A stretch of 64,000 bases of DNA from an uncultured Thermoanaerobaculia bacterium (lineage in GTDB: Bacteria; Acidobacteriota; Thermoanaerobaculia; Multivoradales; JAGPDF01), in NCBI GenBank assembly GCA_964481735.1, contig CAYZWR010000001.1, positions 29,300 through 93,299 of the forward strand, written 5' to 3'. A program made the position numbers and the translations under genes. Position 1 is the stretch's first letter, and each line of letters starts with the position of its first letter. This document shows positions 20,338 through 31,557 of this stretch, piece after piece. The notes under the pieces are model-generated. The model saw only the letters and a program-made list of their open reading frames with translations. It searched no databases and was not told the DNA's origin.

Positions 20338-21740
20338 CCCGTGCCGCCGCGGCGATCGCCGAGCTCGAGACGCGCCACCGTCCCCCCTCCGTCGCGCGGC
20401 GAAAGGGTGAGATCGCCGGCGTAGCGCCCGGTCGCCAGGCGGTGGGCGAGGAAGAGACCCATCCCCGAGCCGTGCGGCTTGGTCGTGGTGTGCGGCTGGA
20501 AGAGGCGCGCACGGACCGCCTCGGCGAGCCCGGCGCCGCGGTCGAGCACCTCGATCGTGACGCCACCCGGCGGCTCTTGGCGCGCCGCGAGGCGCAGCGT
20601 GACGAGAGCTCCGTCGCCGCTCGCCTCGCAGGCGTTGACCACCAGCGCCTGCAGCATGGCCTTGAGCTCGGCGGCGACCGCCGAGAGCTCGAACCGCTCG
20701 CCGGCGGGGCTCTCGACCTCGAGGCGCACCCGGCCGCCCGAGTCCTGCAGCGCTTCGAGCGCCACCTCGCGCGCCAGCAGCGCGAGTCCGACCCGCTCGG
20801 GCGCCGCATCGCCCGCCGAGGCGAGGGCGAGGAAGGAGCGCAGGGCGCCGTCCATCCGCCGGATCTGGCGGCGCGACGCGGCGAGCAGCAGCTCGCGCTC
20901 GGCCGCAGGCGCGTCCGCGTTCGCCACCCACTGCTCGAGCGACAGGCCGAGCGCGTTCAGGGGGTTGCGCAGGGTGTGCGCGAGCCCGCGCGCGACCTCG
21001 CCCAGCTCGGAGAGGTGCTGCTGCTCGGCCAGGCGGCGGTTCTCCGCGGCGAGCTCGCCGAGGCGGTGCGACATCTGGTTGAAGGAGGCGAGCGCGCGGC
21101 CCAGCTCGTCGCTCCGGTCGACCGGCACCTCGAGGCCGAGCTCCCCCTGGCCGACCCGTTCGGCGGCCGCGGCCAGGCCGGCGAGCGGCCGGCTCATGCG
21201 CTGCGCCAGCACCGCCGCGGCGAGGAGGCCGAGCGCCAGCAGCGCGAGATTGCCGGCGAGCAGCCGCGAGCGGAAGCGGGCCAGCGTCGAAGCGACCTCG
21301 TCCTGGGGAATCGGGATGGCCCGTTCGAGCGCCGGACCCTTGAGAAACAGGACGTCGCGCTCGGCCTCGTCACCGAGGATCATCCGCGCGCCGCCCGGCG
21401 GCTCGCCCGCGACCGTCGCCGCGGCGGCGCCGTCGCGCCCCTCCCAGCGCAGCTCCTTGCGCACCACGATCCGCTGCGGCGCGTCCGCCGGACTCTCGCC
21501 AGGGTTCTCGGGGCGCGGCGTGACCACCACCACGTGGGTCTGGCTCTCCGCGCCCCCGCCCGCCGGACTACCGCTCTGGAAGACGAAGCCGGAGACGATC
21601 TGCTCGCCCACCTGGAAGGCGACGCTGCGCACGTCGTCGCCCACCGCCCTGGCGAGCGCGCGGTAGAGCAGCCACTGCCCGGCGGCGAGCAGGCTGACCA
21701 GCCCCCCCAGAAGCACGAAAAAACGCCATCGGAGAGTCAT
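20334..21740 (-). CDS. sensor histidine kinase (periplasmic sensor-HAMP-HisKA-HATPase)
   Basis: Two TM helices flanking ~140 aa periplasmic loop, H-box LAHTLRNPLNAL, G-boxes DRGAGL / GSGMGL. Confidence 0.85.
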
Positions 21741-21783
21741 CCCCGATGGCGTCGAAGCAAGGGGCGTGCCTCTTCGTGCGGGA

Positions 21784-22554
21784 TCAGGCCGTCTTGCGGC
21801 GCGCCAGCAACGCGAGGCTGCCGACGGCGAGCAGCAGGACGAGCGCTGCGATGCCCCAGCTGCCGAGCGTCGGGACTTCCTGCGTCACCGCGGCGACGGC
21901 CGTGGTCCCGCTCAGCGAGTAGACGAGATCCGGATCCGGACCGCCGACCCCGCAGCCGACCCGGTTGGCCCAGGTGGTGCAGCCGCTGCCGAAGCCGTTG
22001 CCCGGATTCTGCCAGACCGAGCCGTCGAAGCTCTGCACCGTGCGCTCGGTCCAGCCCCACTGGCCGCCGACCCCGAAGTCCATGTTGGCGATGACCGAGA
22101 CCCAGTGCTTGCCTTCCGGAAGGACGCAGGCGGCGGGCAGGGTGATCGTCAGGGTCCCGGCCGAGTCCCCCGGGATGACGCCGGTCGAGGAGCACTCGAC
22201 ACCGCCCGGAAGCCCGGTGTTGTCGGCGTAGAAGTTGACGTCGACGCTCACCAGCGGGCCGAAGCCGTTGAAGTAGACGCCGGGGACATAGACGTCGGTC
22301 ACCGTCCAGGTGACCCCGGCGGGAACCTCGAAGTCGTCGGCTGCCGCGTTGTCGTAGGCGTCGAAGGAGGCCTCGAAGTTCTGGCTGCTGATGCTGTTGG
22401 CGCCGATGTTGTCGGTCTGGTCGTAGAGCACCGAGCCCTCGGGGGCCTGGAGGGCCGCCGGCGCGACCGGCGCGGAACGGGCCGGCTGGAGCGCGGCGAG
22501 CGGCAGGGCGAGCAGCGCCATGCCGAGGAGCGAAAGGCAGATGCGGTTCTTCAT
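21784..22554 (-). CDS. secreted protein with C-terminal IPTL-CTERM sorting signal
   Basis: ATG 22554 after AGGAGG; signal peptide; C-terminus [30 protein letters not shown] matches IPTL-S-E-W-G / TM helix / Arg-Lys tail architecture. Confidence 0.65.
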   Translation of the reverse strand: MKNRICLSLLGMALLALPLAALQPARSAPVAPAALQAPEGSVLYDQTDNIGANSISSQNFEASFDAYDNAAADDFEVPAGVTWTVTDVYVPGVYFNGFGPLVSVDVNFYADNTGLPGGVECSSTGVIPGDSAGTLTITLPAACVLPEGKHWVSVIANMDFGVGGQWGWTERTVQSFDGSVWQNPGNGFGSGCTTWANRVGCGVGGPDPDLVYSLSGTTAVAAVTQEVPTLGSWGIAALVLLLAVGSLALLARRKTA

Positions 22555-22652
22555 CGTCGGGATTCCTCCTGGGAAGTTCAGTAGTTGATCATACCCCATC
22601 TGCCGGCCCTGGGGGGATCCCCGCGCGCGGACAGCGACGGTAGACTCCCGGC

Positions 22653-23660
22653 GTGACCCTCCGCTTCGGCATCAACGGCCTGGGCCGCATCGGCCGCGGG
22701 CTCGCCCGCCTGAGCCAGGCCCGCCCCGAGCTCGGCCTGCTCTTCGCCGCCGCCAACGATCCGGCGGAGCCGGCGCAGATCGCCCGCCTCTTCCGGCACG
22801 ACACGATCCACGGCGCCTACCCGTCGCCGGTCGCCGCCGAGGGGGAAACCCTGCGGCTCGGCGACCTCGCAGTCCCCCTCTCGCACGCCGCGCGCCCCGA
22901 GGAGATCGACTGGACGGCCGCCGGGGTTCAGGTGGTGATCGAGGCGAGCGGCCGTTTCCGGCGGCGCGCGCTCGCCGCGACGCATCTCGGCGGCAGCGTC
23001 GAGCGGGTGATCGTCTCGGCGACCCTCCCCGACGCCGACGCCACGTTCTGCCTGGGGATCAACCAGCAGACCTACGACCCGGCGCGCCACCGGGTGATCT
23101 CCAACGCCTCCTGCACCACCAACTGTCTCGCCGCGGTGCTCCAGGTGCTCCACCCGGTCTTCGGCGTGGAGCGCGCGCTGATGAACACGGTGCACTGCGT
23201 GACCAACAGCCAGAACCTGGTCGACATGGCGCACCACGATCCGCGGCGGGCGCGCTCGGCGGTAGCGAACATCATCCCGACCACTTCGGACGCCATCCCG
23301 TCGATCGAGTGGGTGATGCCGGAGCTCGCCGGGCGGGTCGACGGGCTCGCCATGCGGGTGCCGATCGCCGCCGGCTCGTTGATCGACGTGGCGGTCGAGC
23401 TCGGCCGCCGTGCCACCAAGACCGAGGTCGCCCAGGCCTTCCGCGCCGCCGAAGCCGGCCCGCTCGCCGGGATCCTCGGCACCACCGACGAGGAGCTGGT
23501 TTCGGCCGACTTCATCGGCGACCCGCGCTCGGCGGTAGTCGACCTGCCGCTCCTCCAGGAGATCGGCCAGAAGCTCTACCGGGTGGTCGCCTGGTACGAC
23601 AACGAGTGGGGTTACACCCACCGGTTGGCCGAGCTGCTCGCGCTCGTCGCGCGGCGCTAG
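22653..23660 (+). CDS. gap: glyceraldehyde-3-phosphate dehydrogenase
   Basis: NGLGRIGR Rossmann motif, active-site [11 protein letters not shown]; GTG start. Confidence 0.9.
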   Translation: MTLRFGINGLGRIGRGLARLSQARPELGLLFAAANDPAEPAQIARLFRHDTIHGAYPSPVAAEGETLRLGDLAVPLSHAARPEEIDWTAAGVQVVIEASGRFRRRALAATHLGGSVERVIVSATLPDADATFCLGINQQTYDPARHRVISNASCTTNCLAAVLQVLHPVFGVERALMNTVHCVTNSQNLVDMAHHDPRRARSAVANIIPTTSDAIPSIEWVMPELAGRVDGLAMRVPIAAGSLIDVAVELGRRATKTEVAQAFRAAEAGPLAGILGTTDEELVSADFIGDPRSAVVDLPLLQEIGQKLYRVVAWYDNEWGYTHRLAELLALVARR

Positions 23661-23701
23661 AATCGCCTCCGGGGCCGTGAGGCCCGGTGCGGAGGGGAAC
23701 C

Positions 23702-24895
23702 ATGCGACAGATGCTCACGCTCGAGGACCTGGGGCTCGACCGCCTGCGCGGCGTCGCCGTGCTGGTGCGGGTCGACTTCAACGTGCCGATGCAGGAGGGC
23801 AAGGTCACCGACGACACGCGGATCGTCGAGGCGCTGCCCACCCTGCGCGAGCTGCAGGCAACCGGAGCGAAGCTGCTGCTCTGCTCGCACTGCGGGCGCC
23901 CGAAAGGCGAGCGCAATCCGAAGTACAGCCTGCGCCCCGCCGCGGCGCGTCTCGGCGAGCGGCTCGGCCGACCGGTCGCCTTCGCCGAGGACTGCATCGG
24001 CGAGCCGGTCGCCAAGGTCGTGGCCGGCATGGCGGCGGGCGACGTCGCGCTGCTCGAGAACCTGCGCTTCCACGCCGGAGAGGAGAAGAACGACCCGGAG
24101 TTCGCGCGCGCCCTCGCCGCGCCCGCCGGCGCCTACGTCGACGACGCCTTCGGCAGCGCCCACCGCGCTCACGCCTCGATCACCGGCGTTCTGCCGCACC
24201 TGCCCCGCAAGGCCGCCGGGCGCCTGCTGGTGCGCGAGGTCGAGGCGCTCTCGCGCCTGCTGGGCGAGCCCGACCGCCCCTTCGCGGCGATCCTCGGCGG
24301 CGCCAAGATCGAAGGCAAGATCGACACCCTGGAGAACCTCTTGCCGCGCCTGGACGTCCTGATGGTCGGCGGCGGCATGGCCAACACCTTCCTCGCCGCC
24401 CAGGGCCACGACCTCAAAGCCTCGCTCGTCGAGCGCGACCGCCTGGAGCTCGCGACCCAGATCCTCGCCCGGGCCGCGTCGCGCGGCACCGAGCTCCTGC
24501 TGCCCACCGACCTCGTGGTCACCGACAGCTTCGAGCACCCGGCGATCGCCCGGACGGTCGAGGTCGACGGCGTTCCCGACGGCATGCTCGCCGTCGACGT
24601 CGGTCCGGCGACCCGTGCCGCCTTCGCCGCCGCCATCGGCCGGGCGCGCACGCTCTTCTGGAACGGCCCGCTCGGCGTCTTCGAGAAGCCGCCGTTCGAC
24701 GCCGGGACCCGCTCGACCGCCGAGGCGCTCGCCACCTGCCCCGGATTCACGCTGATCGGCGGCGGGGAGACGGTCGCCGCGGCCCACGAGGCCGGGGTGA
24801 CGGACCAGCTGGGCCATGTCTCGACCGGCGGGGGCGCGTCGCTCGAGTTCCTCGCTGGGCGCGAGCTGCCCGGCGTCGTGGCGCTCGCGCGATGA
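23702..24895 (+). CDS. pgk: phosphoglycerate kinase
   Basis: ATG 23702 after GGAGGGG; RVDFNVP, GGGMANTF PGK motifs. Confidence 0.9.
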   Translation: MRQMLTLEDLGLDRLRGVAVLVRVDFNVPMQEGKVTDDTRIVEALPTLRELQATGAKLLLCSHCGRPKGERNPKYSLRPAAARLGERLGRPVAFAEDCIGEPVAKVVAGMAAGDVALLENLRFHAGEEKNDPEFARALAAPAGAYVDDAFGSAHRAHASITGVLPHLPRKAAGRLLVREVEALSRLLGEPDRPFAAILGGAKIEGKIDTLENLLPRLDVLMVGGGMANTFLAAQGHDLKASLVERDRLELATQILARAASRGTELLLPTDLVVTDSFEHPAIARTVEVDGVPDGMLAVDVGPATRAAFAAAIGRARTLFWNGPLGVFEKPPFDAGTRSTAEALATCPGFTLIGGGETVAAAHEAGVTDQLGHVSTGGGASLEFLAGRELPGVVALAR

Positions 24896-25647
24896 GGGTT
24901 CCCGGGACGCCCCGGCGTCGCCCCCTGGTGGCCGGAAACTGGAAGATGCACCTGGTCGCGGCCGAAGCGGCGGCGCTCTCGGCGGCGCTGCGCTCCGGCG
25001 CCCCGGGGAACGGCCCGGAGATCGCCGTCTTCCCGTCGTTCCCGCTGCTCGCCGCCGTGCGCGCCGCGCTCGCCGGCAGCGCGATCGGCTGGGGCGGCCA
25101 GGATCTCCATCCGGCCGCGCGCGGCGCCTTCACCGGCGACGTCTCGGCCGCGCAGCTGGTCGATGCCGGTTGCCGTTACGTGCTCTGCGGCCACAGCGAG
25201 CGGCGCCAGGGACACGGCGAGAGCGACCGGCTGGTCGCCGAGAAGGCGGCAGCGGCGGCGGCAGCCGGCTTGGCGCCGGTGGTCTGTGTCGGGGAGACCG
25301 GCCCGGAGCGACAGGGCGGCGAGACCTTCACGGTGCTCGACCGACAGATCGCACCCCTCGAACCGCTTCCCGGCCTGGTCCTCGCCTACGAGCCCGTGTG
25401 GGCGATCGGCACCGGGGCAACGGCAACGCCCGAGATGGCGGACGAAGCCCACCGCCATCTGCGCCGGTCGCTCACCGCCCGCTGGGGGAGGCCCGGCGAA
25501 TCTCTGAGGATTCTCTATGGCGGGTCCGTAACCGCTGACAATGCAAGGGGTTTGGCCGCGATGCCGGAGATCGATGGGGCGCTCGTCGGAGGCGCCAGCC
25601 TTGACCCGGCCAAATTCCTCGCTATCATTTCGGCTTTCGCCGCCTGA
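24892..25647 (+). CDS. tpiA: triosephosphate isomerase
   Basis: AGNWKMH, CGHSERR, AYEPVWAIGTG motifs; ATGA overlap with pgk. Confidence 0.9.
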   Translation: MRVPGTPRRRPLVAGNWKMHLVAAEAAALSAALRSGAPGNGPEIAVFPSFPLLAAVRAALAGSAIGWGGQDLHPAARGAFTGDVSAAQLVDAGCRYVLCGHSERRQGHGESDRLVAEKAAAAAAAGLAPVVCVGETGPERQGGETFTVLDRQIAPLEPLPGLVLAYEPVWAIGTGATATPEMADEAHRHLRRSLTARWGRPGESLRILYGGSVTADNARGLAAMPEIDGALVGGASLDPAKFLAIISAFAA

Positions 25648-25659
25648 CGCGGCAAGAGG

Positions 25660-26013
25660 TTGGCCTTGATCTATCTGCTGTACACCCTGCACATCATCGT
25701 CTGCATCTTCCTGATCCTCGTCGTCCTGCTGCAACAGGGCAAGGGCGCCGACCTGTCGGTCTTCGGCGGCGGCTCCACCATGGCGGCCTTCGGTGCCCGC
25801 AGCGCCACCAACCTGCTCCACCGTCTGACCGTCGCGGCCTTCGTCGCCTTCATCGTGACGACCCTCGGCATCGCCTACCTCAAGGGGAACGTCGAGGGGA
25901 GCTCGGTGATGCGCGGCGCGGCGCCGGCGCCCGCCTCGGCGCCCGCGACGCCGCCGGCAGAGCAGGCTCCGGCGCCTGCCCCGCAGGCGCCGGCTCCGCA
26001 GAATCCGCAGTAG
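25660..26013 (+). CDS. secG: preprotein translocase subunit SecG
   Basis: LLQQGKGADL motif, two TM helices, Pro/Ala-rich tail; TTG start (25660 or in-frame 25666, 7 nt after AAGAGG). Confidence 0.75.
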   Translation: MALIYLLYTLHIIVCIFLILVVLLQQGKGADLSVFGGGSTMAAFGARSATNLLHRLTVAAFVAFIVTTLGIAYLKGNVEGSSVMRGAAPAPASAPATPPAEQAPAPAPQAPAPQNPQ

Positions 26014-26038
26014 CTCGAGCTGTTAAGATGTCGGACGT

Positions 26039-26123
<85 letters not shown>

Positions 26124-26133
26124 ACCCTCCTGA

Positions 26134-26715
26134 TTACTCCAGCACCACCGCTTTCAAGATCGTGACCTCGGCCACCGGCACGTCGCCGAACGGCCCGCGC
26201 TGGCCGGTCTTCACGCCGGCGATCTTGTCGACCACCTCCATCCCCTCCACCACCTTGCCGAAGACGGCGTAGCCCCAGCCGCGCGGGTTCTTCGCGGTGT
26301 GGTCGAGGAAGGCGTTGTCCACCGTGTTGACGAAGAACTGCGCGGTCGCGCTGTGCGGATCGTTGGTGCGCGCCATCGCCACCGTTCCCCGGAGGTTCTT
26401 CAGCCCGTTGTCGGCCTCGTTGAGGATCGACGGCTGGGTCGGCTTCTGCTTCATGTCGGGGGTGAAGCCGCCGCCCTGGATCATGAAGCCCTTGATGACC
26501 CGGTGGAAGATGGTCCCGTCGTAGAAACCGGAACGGGCGTAAGCGAGGAAGTTCTCGACCGACTTGGGGGCCTTCGCGGCGTCGAGCTCGAGGACGATCT
26601 TGCCCTGCGAGGTCTCCAACGCGACCCGCGGGTTGCCGGCGGGCTTGGCATCGGCCGGCGAGGCCGGGTCGGCGGCGAACAGGGCGGCGGCGAACAGCAT
26701 CAGAACTGGGCTCAT
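26134..26715 (-). CDS. periplasmic peptidyl-prolyl cis-trans isomerase (cyclophilin type)
   Basis: Signal peptide then [15 protein letters not shown]…GTVAMAR cyclophilin motifs; ATG 26715 after AAGGAG. Confidence 0.85.
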   Translation of the reverse strand: MSPVLMLFAAALFAADPASPADAKPAGNPRVALETSQGKIVLELDAAKAPKSVENFLAYARSGFYDGTIFHRVIKGFMIQGGGFTPDMKQKPTQPSILNEADNGLKNLRGTVAMARTNDPHSATAQFFVNTVDNAFLDHTAKNPRGWGYAVFGKVVEGMEVVDKIAGVKTGQRGPFGDVPVAEVTILKAVVLE

Positions 26716-26746
26716 CGGATCTCCTTGACGACGTGAGGTGCGCGGC

Positions 26747-27076
26747 TCAGGCGGTCGGCGTCCGGCCACCGGGCCGGCAGAGCGGACAGGGACAGAGGCC
26801 GCGCAGGAAATCGAAGCGGTAGATTCCGCTCCGGTGCCCGTCCGACCAGACGAAGGACAGGGCATAGTTGCCCACTTGGTCCAGGGCGACCAGGTCGACC
26901 GGGCCGGCGGGCGGATGGTAGACGATGTCGAGCGCGTCGTGCCCCTGGCAGAGCGCGCACGGACACCAGCCGCGCAGCTCCTGATAGGCGTACTCTCCGG
27001 CATGCCCGTCGTCCCAGACGAGCCGCAGGCGGCGCTGGTCGGGAAGGCGGCGGGCTTCGGTGGGGCGAACGGCCAT
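26747..27076 (-). CDS. DUF971 family protein (gamma-butyrobetaine hydroxylase-like N-terminal domain)
   Basis: [10 protein letters not shown] and [10 protein letters not shown] paired Cys motifs with W.DGH segments. Confidence 0.65.
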   Translation of the reverse strand: MAVRPTEARRLPDQRRLRLVWDDGHAGEYAYQELRGWCPCALCQGHDALDIVYHPPAGPVDLVALDQVGNYALSFVWSDGHRSGIYRFDFLRGLCPCPLCRPGGRTPTA

Positions 27077-27197
27077 CGTCGGCGGATCCTAGCGTTTCTC
27101 GGAGCCTCGCGGACCGGGGGGCCTGGTACCGCTCTTGCTATCTGGAGTATCGACCCGGGCGAGGCGATCGTCCGGCTGGACTCAGGAGGGTTCACCC

Positions 27198-27836
27198 ATG
27201 TTCCGTATCCTGCGCTTCGTCCTCGCGCTCCTTGCCCTGCTGCCACTCGCCGCCTCGGCTCAGGGCAGCGGTCGCTTCGAGCTCACCCCCACCGTTTCCT
27301 ACAATTTCGGCGGGACGCTGACCGGCACCGACGAAGACTTCTTCGAGTTCGATCTCGACGCGCGGGAGAGCGAGGCCTTCGGGCTGACCTTCGACATCCC
27401 GCTCGCCCCCTGGGCACAGATCGAGCTGCTGGCGAGCCGCCAGCAGACCGAGCTCGAGTTCGACGACGGCATCTTCTACCCCGACCAGACGGTCGCCGAC
27501 CTCGAAGTCAGCTACTACCACGTCGGCGGACTCTTCCAGTGGGGCTCCGGTCAGATCCACCCCTTCGTGGTGGTCAGCCTCGGCACCACCCGTTTCGACG
27601 CCGACGTGCCCGGCGCCGACGCCGAGTACCGTTTCTCGGGGTCGTTCGGCGGCGGGGTGAAGATCTTCTTCAACGAGCACGTCGGCTTCCGGCTCGAAGG
27701 ACGCGGCTTCTGGACGGTGGTGGACGACGACTACGAAGACGACTACTGGTGCGACTACGGCTGCTATCACGACTACGGATACGAGAGCTCGTTCAACCAG
27801 GGTCAGGCGTCGGCCGGCTTGATCCTCGCCTGGTGA
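27198..27836 (+). CDS. outer-membrane beta-barrel protein
   Basis: ATG 27198 after AGGAGG; signal peptide; alternating hydrophobic beta-strand pattern, C-terminal aromatic (…GLILAW). Confidence 0.6.
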   Translation: MFRILRFVLALLALLPLAASAQGSGRFELTPTVSYNFGGTLTGTDEDFFEFDLDARESEAFGLTFDIPLAPWAQIELLASRQQTELEFDDGIFYPDQTVADLEVSYYHVGGLFQWGSGQIHPFVVVSLGTTRFDADVPGADAEYRFSGSFGGGVKIFFNEHVGFRLEGRGFWTVVDDDYEDDYWCDYGCYHDYGYESSFNQGQASAGLILAW

Positions 27837-27843
27837 GCGCCGC

Positions 27844-30123
27844 TCAGCCGCCGCTCGCCGCCTCGACGCGGTTGCGCCCGTTGCGTTTGGCGGCGTAGAG
27901 CGCTTCGTCGGCCGCGGCGAGCAGCGGTCGGGAGCGGGTTCGCCCTTCGCCGCGCGCCTCGTCGCGGCTCGCCACGCCGATCGAGATGGTCACCTCGAGG
28001 TGCGATCCGTCGTCGAGCGGGATGGCGAGCTCGGCGATGCGTTGGCGGATCTTCTCGGCGAGCTGCATCGCACCCTCGAGCGGCGTTTCGGGCAACACGA
28101 TCAGGAACTCCTCGCCGCCATAGCGCCCGATGAAGTCGGTCTCGCGCAGCTGCGCCTTGAGCTCGGCGGCGACCCGCTGCAGCACGAGGTCGCCCGCCAG
28201 ATGGCCGCGGCGGTCGTTGATCCACTTGAAGCGGTCGAGATCGGCCAGGCCGATCGCCAGCGGCCGGTCATAGCGCGTCGCGCGGCTCCATTCGCGATCG
28301 AGGACTTCCTGGATCGCCTCGCGCCGATAGAGTCCGGTGAGCCCCTCGAAAGTGGCCGATTCGAAGAGCCGGGCGTTCTCGAAGACGGTCGCCGCCTGGC
28401 TCGCCAACAAGGTCAGGAGCTCCAACTCGTCGGCGAGAAAGCGCTCCCCGGAGCGCTTGCCGCCGAGCAGCAGGAGCCCGACCAGCTGGCCGTGGGAGAG
28501 CATCGGCACGGCGAGCTCGCTCGCGGTCTCGCGCACCCGGGCGCCCAGCGTCCCGCCCCCCCGTTCGAGCAACGAGGCGGGCAGCGGGCGGGCCGAGCGC
28601 GCCAGGTTGCGCAGCCCGGGATCTTCCGGCGCGAGCAGCGCGGTCTGTTCCGTTTCGGCCAGCGCCCGGCTCGACGAGGCGACCGAGAGCAGGTTGCCCA
28701 TCGGCGGCGTCGCCACCCAGAGGACCGCCGATCTCACGCCGAAGATCCGGCAGAGCTCGAGGCAGAGGTGCTCTCCCATGCGCGGCAACTTGCCGTGCGC
28801 CGGCAGCTCGCTCGCGAGGCCCAGAACCCGTTGACGGAAGGACTCGCTCTCCGGAAAGAGCCGCCGGTCGATCAGCCGCTGGAGCCGCACGCGCAGCGGG
28901 TTGAACAGCAGTCCGAGCCCCAGCGTCGCGGCCGAGATCAGCCAGACCGAGTGGCCGCCGACCGGAAAGGCCTGCGCGAAGAGCGTCCCGCCGGCCCCCA
29001 GCGCGGCGTAGAAGATGAGCACCAGGAGCGTCGTCAGCGTGCCGTAGAGCAAGCTCTTGCGGATCACCAGCTCGATGTCGAACAGCTGGTAGCGCAGGAT
29101 GGCGGCGAAGACCGCCACGGGATAGGCGAGCAGCACCAAGCTCCAGACGCTCTGCGGGACGTCCACCGCCGGCAGGCCGAGCACCTGTCGCGCGCCGAGA
29201 AAAGCGACCACGGCGACCCAGGGGAAGATGCCGAGCAGCACCAGCCCGGCCTGCTGCCGACCGGCGCGCTGGGGATGGGTGAGCAGGCGGCTGGTGAGCA
29301 GCCCACCGACCGCCGCCGCCCAGAGCGGCAGGCCGAGATCGAGTTGCACGAATCCCGCCTGGGTGAAGGTCCAGGGCAGGCTCCCGCCGCGCGATTCGAC
29401 CCAGACCGCGAGCGCGCTCGCGCCGGCGAGCGCGCCGCCCACCGCGTAGTAGGCCGGGACGACCCAGCGGCGTTTCTGCAACCACTCCGGCCGGTCGGGA
29501 ATGAGCGAAGCCATGTGCAGGTCGGTGCCCATCTGGAATCCGGTGAGCAGCAGGAAGGCGAGCTCGCTCACCAGGCCGACCGTCGTCGTGGTCACCGGGT
29601 CGTAGGGCAGGACGATCTCGGCCGCGACCGCGAGCGAATAGAGGTAGAGCAGGCGGAGGCGGACGTCGCGGCCGGCGCGCCCGATGGCGAGCAGCGCGAG
29701 CGCCAGGTAGGCGGCGGCGACGACGAAGTCGATCACCAGATCGCGCCAGGGCGGCTCGACGCCGGGAACCAGCCTGAGCTCGAGGCGCTGCGCGCCACGG
29801 TCGATCACGAAGAGCACCGGCCGGCCCCGCCCGAAGTCGCGCGCCGCCAGGTCGTAGTCGATGCCGCGGTGAATCGCCCGCCCGTCCACCTCGAGCAGCC
29901 GGTCGCCGCGTCGCATCCCGGCGCGCGCCGCCGGCAGGTCCGGCACGACCTCCCGGATCACCACCGCGACCTCGTTCTGGTCGAAGGAGAAGCCGACCCG
30001 TCGCCCGCTCGCCTCCTCGGCGTGGGTCCACTTCGTCGTGTAGAGAATCGCCAGGGCGAGCGCCGGCAGGCCGTAGATCAGCAGGCGGCGAATCGGGGGC
30101 GGGAGGGGGCGCTCGGCTCGCAC
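27844..30123 (-). CDS. diguanylate cyclase with periplasmic PDZ, 7TM, GAF and GGDEF domains
   Basis: PDZ-like segment (GMRRGDRLLEVDG), ~7 TM helices, GAF region, GGDEF active site RYGGEEF with I-site RETD; start assigned to GTG 30123 (18 nt after yidD stop). Confidence 0.8.
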   Translation of the reverse strand: MRAERPLPPPIRRLLIYGLPALALAILYTTKWTHAEEASGRRVGFSFDQNEVAVVIREVVPDLPAARAGMRRGDRLLEVDGRAIHRGIDYDLAARDFGRGRPVLFVIDRGAQRLELRLVPGVEPPWRDLVIDFVVAAAYLALALLAIGRAGRDVRLRLLYLYSLAVAAEIVLPYDPVTTTTVGLVSELAFLLLTGFQMGTDLHMASLIPDRPEWLQKRRWVVPAYYAVGGALAGASALAVWVESRGGSLPWTFTQAGFVQLDLGLPLWAAAVGGLLTSRLLTHPQRAGRQQAGLVLLGIFPWVAVVAFLGARQVLGLPAVDVPQSVWSLVLLAYPVAVFAAILRYQLFDIELVIRKSLLYGTLTTLLVLIFYAALGAGGTLFAQAFPVGGHSVWLISAATLGLGLLFNPLRVRLQRLIDRRLFPESESFRQRVLGLASELPAHGKLPRMGEHLCLELCRIFGVRSAVLWVATPPMGNLLSVASSSRALAETEQTALLAPEDPGLRNLARSARPLPASLLERGGGTLGARVRETASELAVPMLSHGQLVGLLLLGGKRSGERFLADELELLTLLASQAATVFENARLFESATFEGLTGLYRREAIQEVLDREWSRATRYDRPLAIGLADLDRFKWINDRRGHLAGDLVLQRVAAELKAQLRETDFIGRYGGEEFLIVLPETPLEGAMQLAEKIRQRIAELAIPLDDGSHLEVTISIGVASRDEARGEGRTRSRPLLAAADEALYAAKRNGRNRVEAASGG

Positions 30124-30140
30124 GGGAAAGTGCGCCGAGT

Positions 30141-30407
30141 CTACGGCGAATCGACCGTGCCCGCTGCCGTCCACGGCCCGCAGCGCAGCAGCCGCCGGGC
30201 GATGCGCAGATTGCCCCGCAGCGCGCCGTCCCGGACGAGCACCGCCGCGGCGTAGCGGCTGCAGCTCGGCTCGAACCGGCAGCGCACGCCGCCACGGTGC
30301 AGCACGGGCGAGATCCAGGCCTGATAGCGGCGAATCGCGGCCAGCTCGGCGCGTACCGTCCACTGGGCGAGCGGCGGCCGGCTCCAGTCGAGAGCGAGCA
30401 GCGCCAC
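30141..30407 (-). CDS. yidD: membrane protein insertion efficiency factor YidD
   Basis: AAIRRYQAWISPVLHRGGVRCRFEPSCSRYAAAVL…RLLRCGPW motifs; start uncertain (GTG 30407 chosen, no in-frame ATG). Confidence 0.6.
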   Translation of the reverse strand: MALLALDWSRPPLAQWTVRAELAAIRRYQAWISPVLHRGGVRCRFEPSCSRYAAAVLVRDGALRGNLRIARRLLRCGPWTAAGTVDSP

Positions 30408-30445
30408 CGCCAGCGCGGCCGCGAGCAGCCAGCGCCGTCGCCGGT

Positions 30446-30886
30446 TCAGGTTCCGCTCCGCCAGAGGTAGACCCAGTTGGCGGCGAGCGCCGCCGCGGCG
30501 AGCCAGCCGGCACCCCGTGGCAGGGTCCGCGGCTCGGCCGGCAGGCGGCCGGCGAGCGCGAGCGCGGCGGCCACCAGGCCGCCGATCACCAGCGCGCCAG
30601 CCACCAGCACGGCGAGCGGATTGGCGGCGAGCGCGGTCAACGGATCGAGTCGACCGAGCGCGAGGAGCGCCCGGCCGCTGCCGCAGCCCGGGCAGGGCAG
30701 GGCGAGCCAACGGCGGACCGGACAGGCCGGGAGCAGCGGCGCGAGCCGGGGCGCGAGCGGCGCCAACGCGAGCAGGGCGAGGGCGGTGGCCCCCCAGAAG
30801 AGAGCCGCTTGCCGCGTCGAACGCTCGGCGTCAGTTGGCGCCGGCGGCGGCGCCGGCGACGAGCGCCGCGATGCTGCCGAAGACAA
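30446..30886 (-). CDS. DUF2752 domain membrane protein
   Basis: CPVRRWLALPCPGCGSGRALLAL motif; TTG start overlaps Yip1 gene 3' end by 56 nt, start uncertain. Confidence 0.5.
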   Translation of the reverse strand: MSSAASRRSSPAPPPAPTDAERSTRQAALFWGATALALLALAPLAPRLAPLLPACPVRRWLALPCPGCGSGRALLALGRLDPLTALAANPLAVLVAGALVIGGLVAAALALAGRLPAEPRTLPRGAGWLAAAALAANWVYLWRSGT

Positions 30887-31532
30887 GGACCACCGCCAGG
30901 GCGATGCAGGCGCAGCAGATGGCGAACGGCACCAGCACGGCCGCCAGCGCCTTGCCTTGGCTCGTGCGATGCATGGCGGCGAGGCCGAGCGTGTAGAGGA
31001 CGATCGACCAGACGATCGAGATCAGTCCGCCGGCGAACGGAACGAGGGAGGCGAGCTGCGCCACCGAACCGTAGGAGAGCGCGCGAATCGTCCCCTCGAA
31101 GCCGGTGGCGGACTCGCGGGTTCCGCCGAAGAGCATCAACGCCAGGTGCACCACGCCGCCGACCAGGAAGAGGCCGATCAGGACGAAGATCGGCGCGACG
31201 ATCATCTGGACGACGAGGCCGAGGGTCGAGCCCGCGAAGTGGAGCGCCCCACTCCCCTCCGCGCCGCTCGGCAGGAAGGGCAGGAAGGTCCAACCGAACG
31301 CGAACTGCCAGACGCTCTGGATGATCGCCCCGGCCCACGAGATCAGGACCGCGAAAGCGATCGGACTCACCAGGTCGCCGCGCCGGCGGGCACGCTCGTA
31401 ACCCTCACCGGGCGCGGTGACGAAGAGGCGGACGGTCTCGACGAGCGCGGTGAGGAAGCCGAGCCGCGCGCGATCTTCCCAGGGGACCGGCGCACCGGCC
31501 GGGACCGGAGGCGGAGCCAACGGTTCGCTCAT
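30831..31532 (-). CDS. Yip1-domain family membrane protein
   Basis: Pro-rich N-terminus MSEPLAPPPVPAG, then five predicted TM helices. Confidence 0.6.
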   Translation of the reverse strand: MSEPLAPPPVPAGAPVPWEDRARLGFLTALVETVRLFVTAPGEGYERARRRGDLVSPIAFAVLISWAGAIIQSVWQFAFGWTFLPFLPSGAEGSGALHFAGSTLGLVVQMIVAPIFVLIGLFLVGGVVHLALMLFGGTRESATGFEGTIRALSYGSVAQLASLVPFAGGLISIVWSIVLYTLGLAAMHRTSQGKALAAVLVPFAICCACIALAVVLVFGSIAALVAGAAAGAN

Positions 31533-31557
31533 CGTGCCAGCTCGGCCGGGGGCGCGA

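Noticed and set aside
31525-31540. TGGCAC hexamer (sigma-54 -24-like) directly abutting the Yip1 start codon
   Set aside because: No correctly spaced -12 GC element, and it is too close to the ATG to act as a promoter
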